Of a DNA stretch of 64,000 nt, positions 62,561 through 64,000 are shown in pieces (positions within the stretch are counted from its first letter, which is position 1; each line of letters begins with the position of its first letter). The stretch comes from Anthoceros angustus (Eukaryota > Plantae > Anthocerotophyta), in contig MU008173.1 of assembly GCA_010909165.1 (NCBI GenBank), forward strand, positions 248,001-312,000. The letters run 5' to 3'. Below the pieces are notes generated by a model that saw only the letters and a program-made list of their open reading frames with translations, was not told the origin of the DNA and searched no databases. A program made the translations under genes and the position numbers.

Positions 62561-63655
62561 ATGTCTGTCACGACTCTTGGCACAGGCGAGTTCGAAAAGA
62601 AGATCCTGAGAAAGAAGGTGGTGGTGGTCGGAGCCGGGCTTGCCGGCGCGCTTGTGGCCAAGAAGTTGGAGAATCATGCCGAGGTATTCCTCGTAGATGC
62701 TAAGGACTTCTTCGAGGTCCCCACGGCAGCAAGACGGTGCATAGCGGAGCCGGCATTGGCCGCTAGAGCATGCTTCCTCCACTCCGACTATCTGGAGAAG
62801 CCAACCCTAGTAACAAACAGCGCCCGCAACGCCACCCGCACCGCCGTCACCACAGACCACGGCGAGCACATCGAGTTCGACTTCCTCGTCATCGCCACAG
62901 ACAACACCTACAAGAACGCGCTTACCAGGGAGGGCCGCCTCGAGGAGTTCCAGAAGGAGAACAAGAAGCTTGAGGCAGCCAAGCATGTGCTCATCGTGGG
63001 AGGGGGACCTTCGGGGGTTGAGCTGGCAGCGGAGGTGGCGACCAATTTCCCGGACGCCAAGCTCACGCTGGTGCACGCCGGGAGCAGGCTGCTGGAGCAC
63101 ATCCATCCCTCCGCGTCCAAGAAAGCCCTAGCGTGGCTGCAGGCCCGGGGAGTGGAGGTGATCTTGGAGGACAAGGTGGAGAACCTCAAGGCCCCGCCCT
63201 ACGCCACGGCCAAGGGCACCAAGATCCCGGCCGACGTGCACTTCCTGTGCTGCGGCAAGGCCGTGGGAAGCCCCTGGCTCCGGGAATCCGACTTCAAGGA
63301 CGCCCTGGACGAGCAGGGCCGGCTCAAGGTGGACGACACGCTGCGGGTGCCTGGCTTCCACAACGTGTTCGCGGTCGGGGATCTCACGGCCATCAAGGAG
63401 ATGAAAAAGGGGCACTACGCGGAGGCGCACGCCAATGTGTGCATCCAGAACATCAAGAAGCTCATCAAGGATCCCAAGTGCAAGCAGCTCAAGAAGTACA
63501 GGACGTCCAGATGCCTGGTGGCCGTGGTTCCGCTGGGCCGCCACAGCGCCATCTACCAGAGCCCGTGCTGCCTGTGCAGCGGCCGCGTAGCTGCCATCTG
63601 CCAGTGCAGCGATCTCGGCGTCTCCCGCACCAGGCGCCTGTTCGGGCTCAAGTAA
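62561..63655 (+). CDS. AIF/FSP1-like FAD/NAD(P)H-dependent oxidoreductase, intronless
   Basis: 364-aa ORF with two Rossmann motifs (VVVGAGLAG, LIVGGGPSGVELAAE), DFLVIAT, GRLKVDDTLRV..NVFAVGD; strongly GC3-biased codons. Confidence 0.93.
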   Translation: MSVTTLGTGEFEKKILRKKVVVVGAGLAGALVAKKLENHAEVFLVDAKDFFEVPTAARRCIAEPALAARACFLHSDYLEKPTLVTNSARNATRTAVTTDHGEHIEFDFLVIATDNTYKNALTREGRLEEFQKENKKLEAAKHVLIVGGGPSGVELAAEVATNFPDAKLTLVHAGSRLLEHIHPSASKKALAWLQARGVEVILEDKVENLKAPPYATAKGTKIPADVHFLCCGKAVGSPWLRESDFKDALDEQGRLKVDDTLRVPGFHNVFAVGDLTAIKEMKKGHYAEAHANVCIQNIKKLIKDPKCKQLKKYRTSRCLVAVVPLGRHSAIYQSPCCLCSGRVAAICQCSDLGVSRTRRLFGLK

Positions 63656-64000
63656 GATCAGAATGATCGAGCCCCGCGCTTGCCTACGCATGCACTTGCT
63701 GATGCAATTCCGCATGCGATCCACTTCATGCCGCAAACCGTTTGCCTTTCTACGCCAGCATCTCCAAGTAACGAAATACCTGCGAACCCTAAACGCCTTG
63801 AGAGTGAAATCCCGACCGTGTGTTGAAAAACAGATGAAGTTGTGAAAGGAAGAGATTGGTCCACAACATGTGTGATCCACTTGTGATGAGGAAATTAAAT
63901 ATCCCTTCTTGGCTAGAGGTTCTGGGATTTTGTTTATACATCCTTATGGTGATCTCCATGTACTGTACATATTTACATATCTATCTTTATTTATATTTTG

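Noticed and set aside
62561-63655. Horizontal transfer of the intronless, GC-rich oxidoreductase
   Set aside because: The protein follows the plant AIF-like pattern along its length, and neighbouring native genes are also GC3-rich
56189-63880. Long alternative-frame ORFs overlapping the real genes (e.g. 56551-57441, 60179-60922, 63128-63880)
   Set aside because: Shadow ORFs caused by GC-rich codon usage; no independent protein features

Overview
Eukaryotic nuclear DNA, most likely from a seed-free land plant. This is inferred from short GT-AG introns, a plastid-targeted aldolase, fern/lycophyte/hornwort-style PLS-PPR remnants, and ZNFX1-like and Plavaka-like sequences. Bases 1-53.5 kb are a nested transposon field. 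It holds three Ty1/copia elements: one with a precisely reconstructable 2-kb internal inversion, one truncated, and one near full length with paired 246-bp LTRs. All three carry an extra ORF or ORF remnant between the PBS and gag. There are two related CACTA elements. One spans 11683-34642 with 14-bp TIRs and an AAT TSD. Nested inside it is the most striking object: a 16.8-kb DNA transposon (15315-32147) with CAC...GTG termini, a 2-bp AT TSD, inverted subterminal motif arrays and a decayed Plavaka-type transposase. It also carries captured host-gene fragments (LRR, ZNFX1-like helicase, PLS-PPR). An intron-bearing TFIIE-beta pseudogene lies at 38.6-39.7 kb. Bases 54.7-63.7 kb hold four apparently intact genes: an LHC-like one-helix protein, a sucrase/ferredoxin-like protein, plastid fructose-bisphosphate aldolase and an AIF/FSP1-like oxidoreductase. 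Many indel-riddled tandem copies occur, three sets of them with a ~637-bp period in unrelated sequences. Part of the apparent decay and duplication may therefore be assembly error. All family assignments come from motif recognition by eye; no database searches were run.
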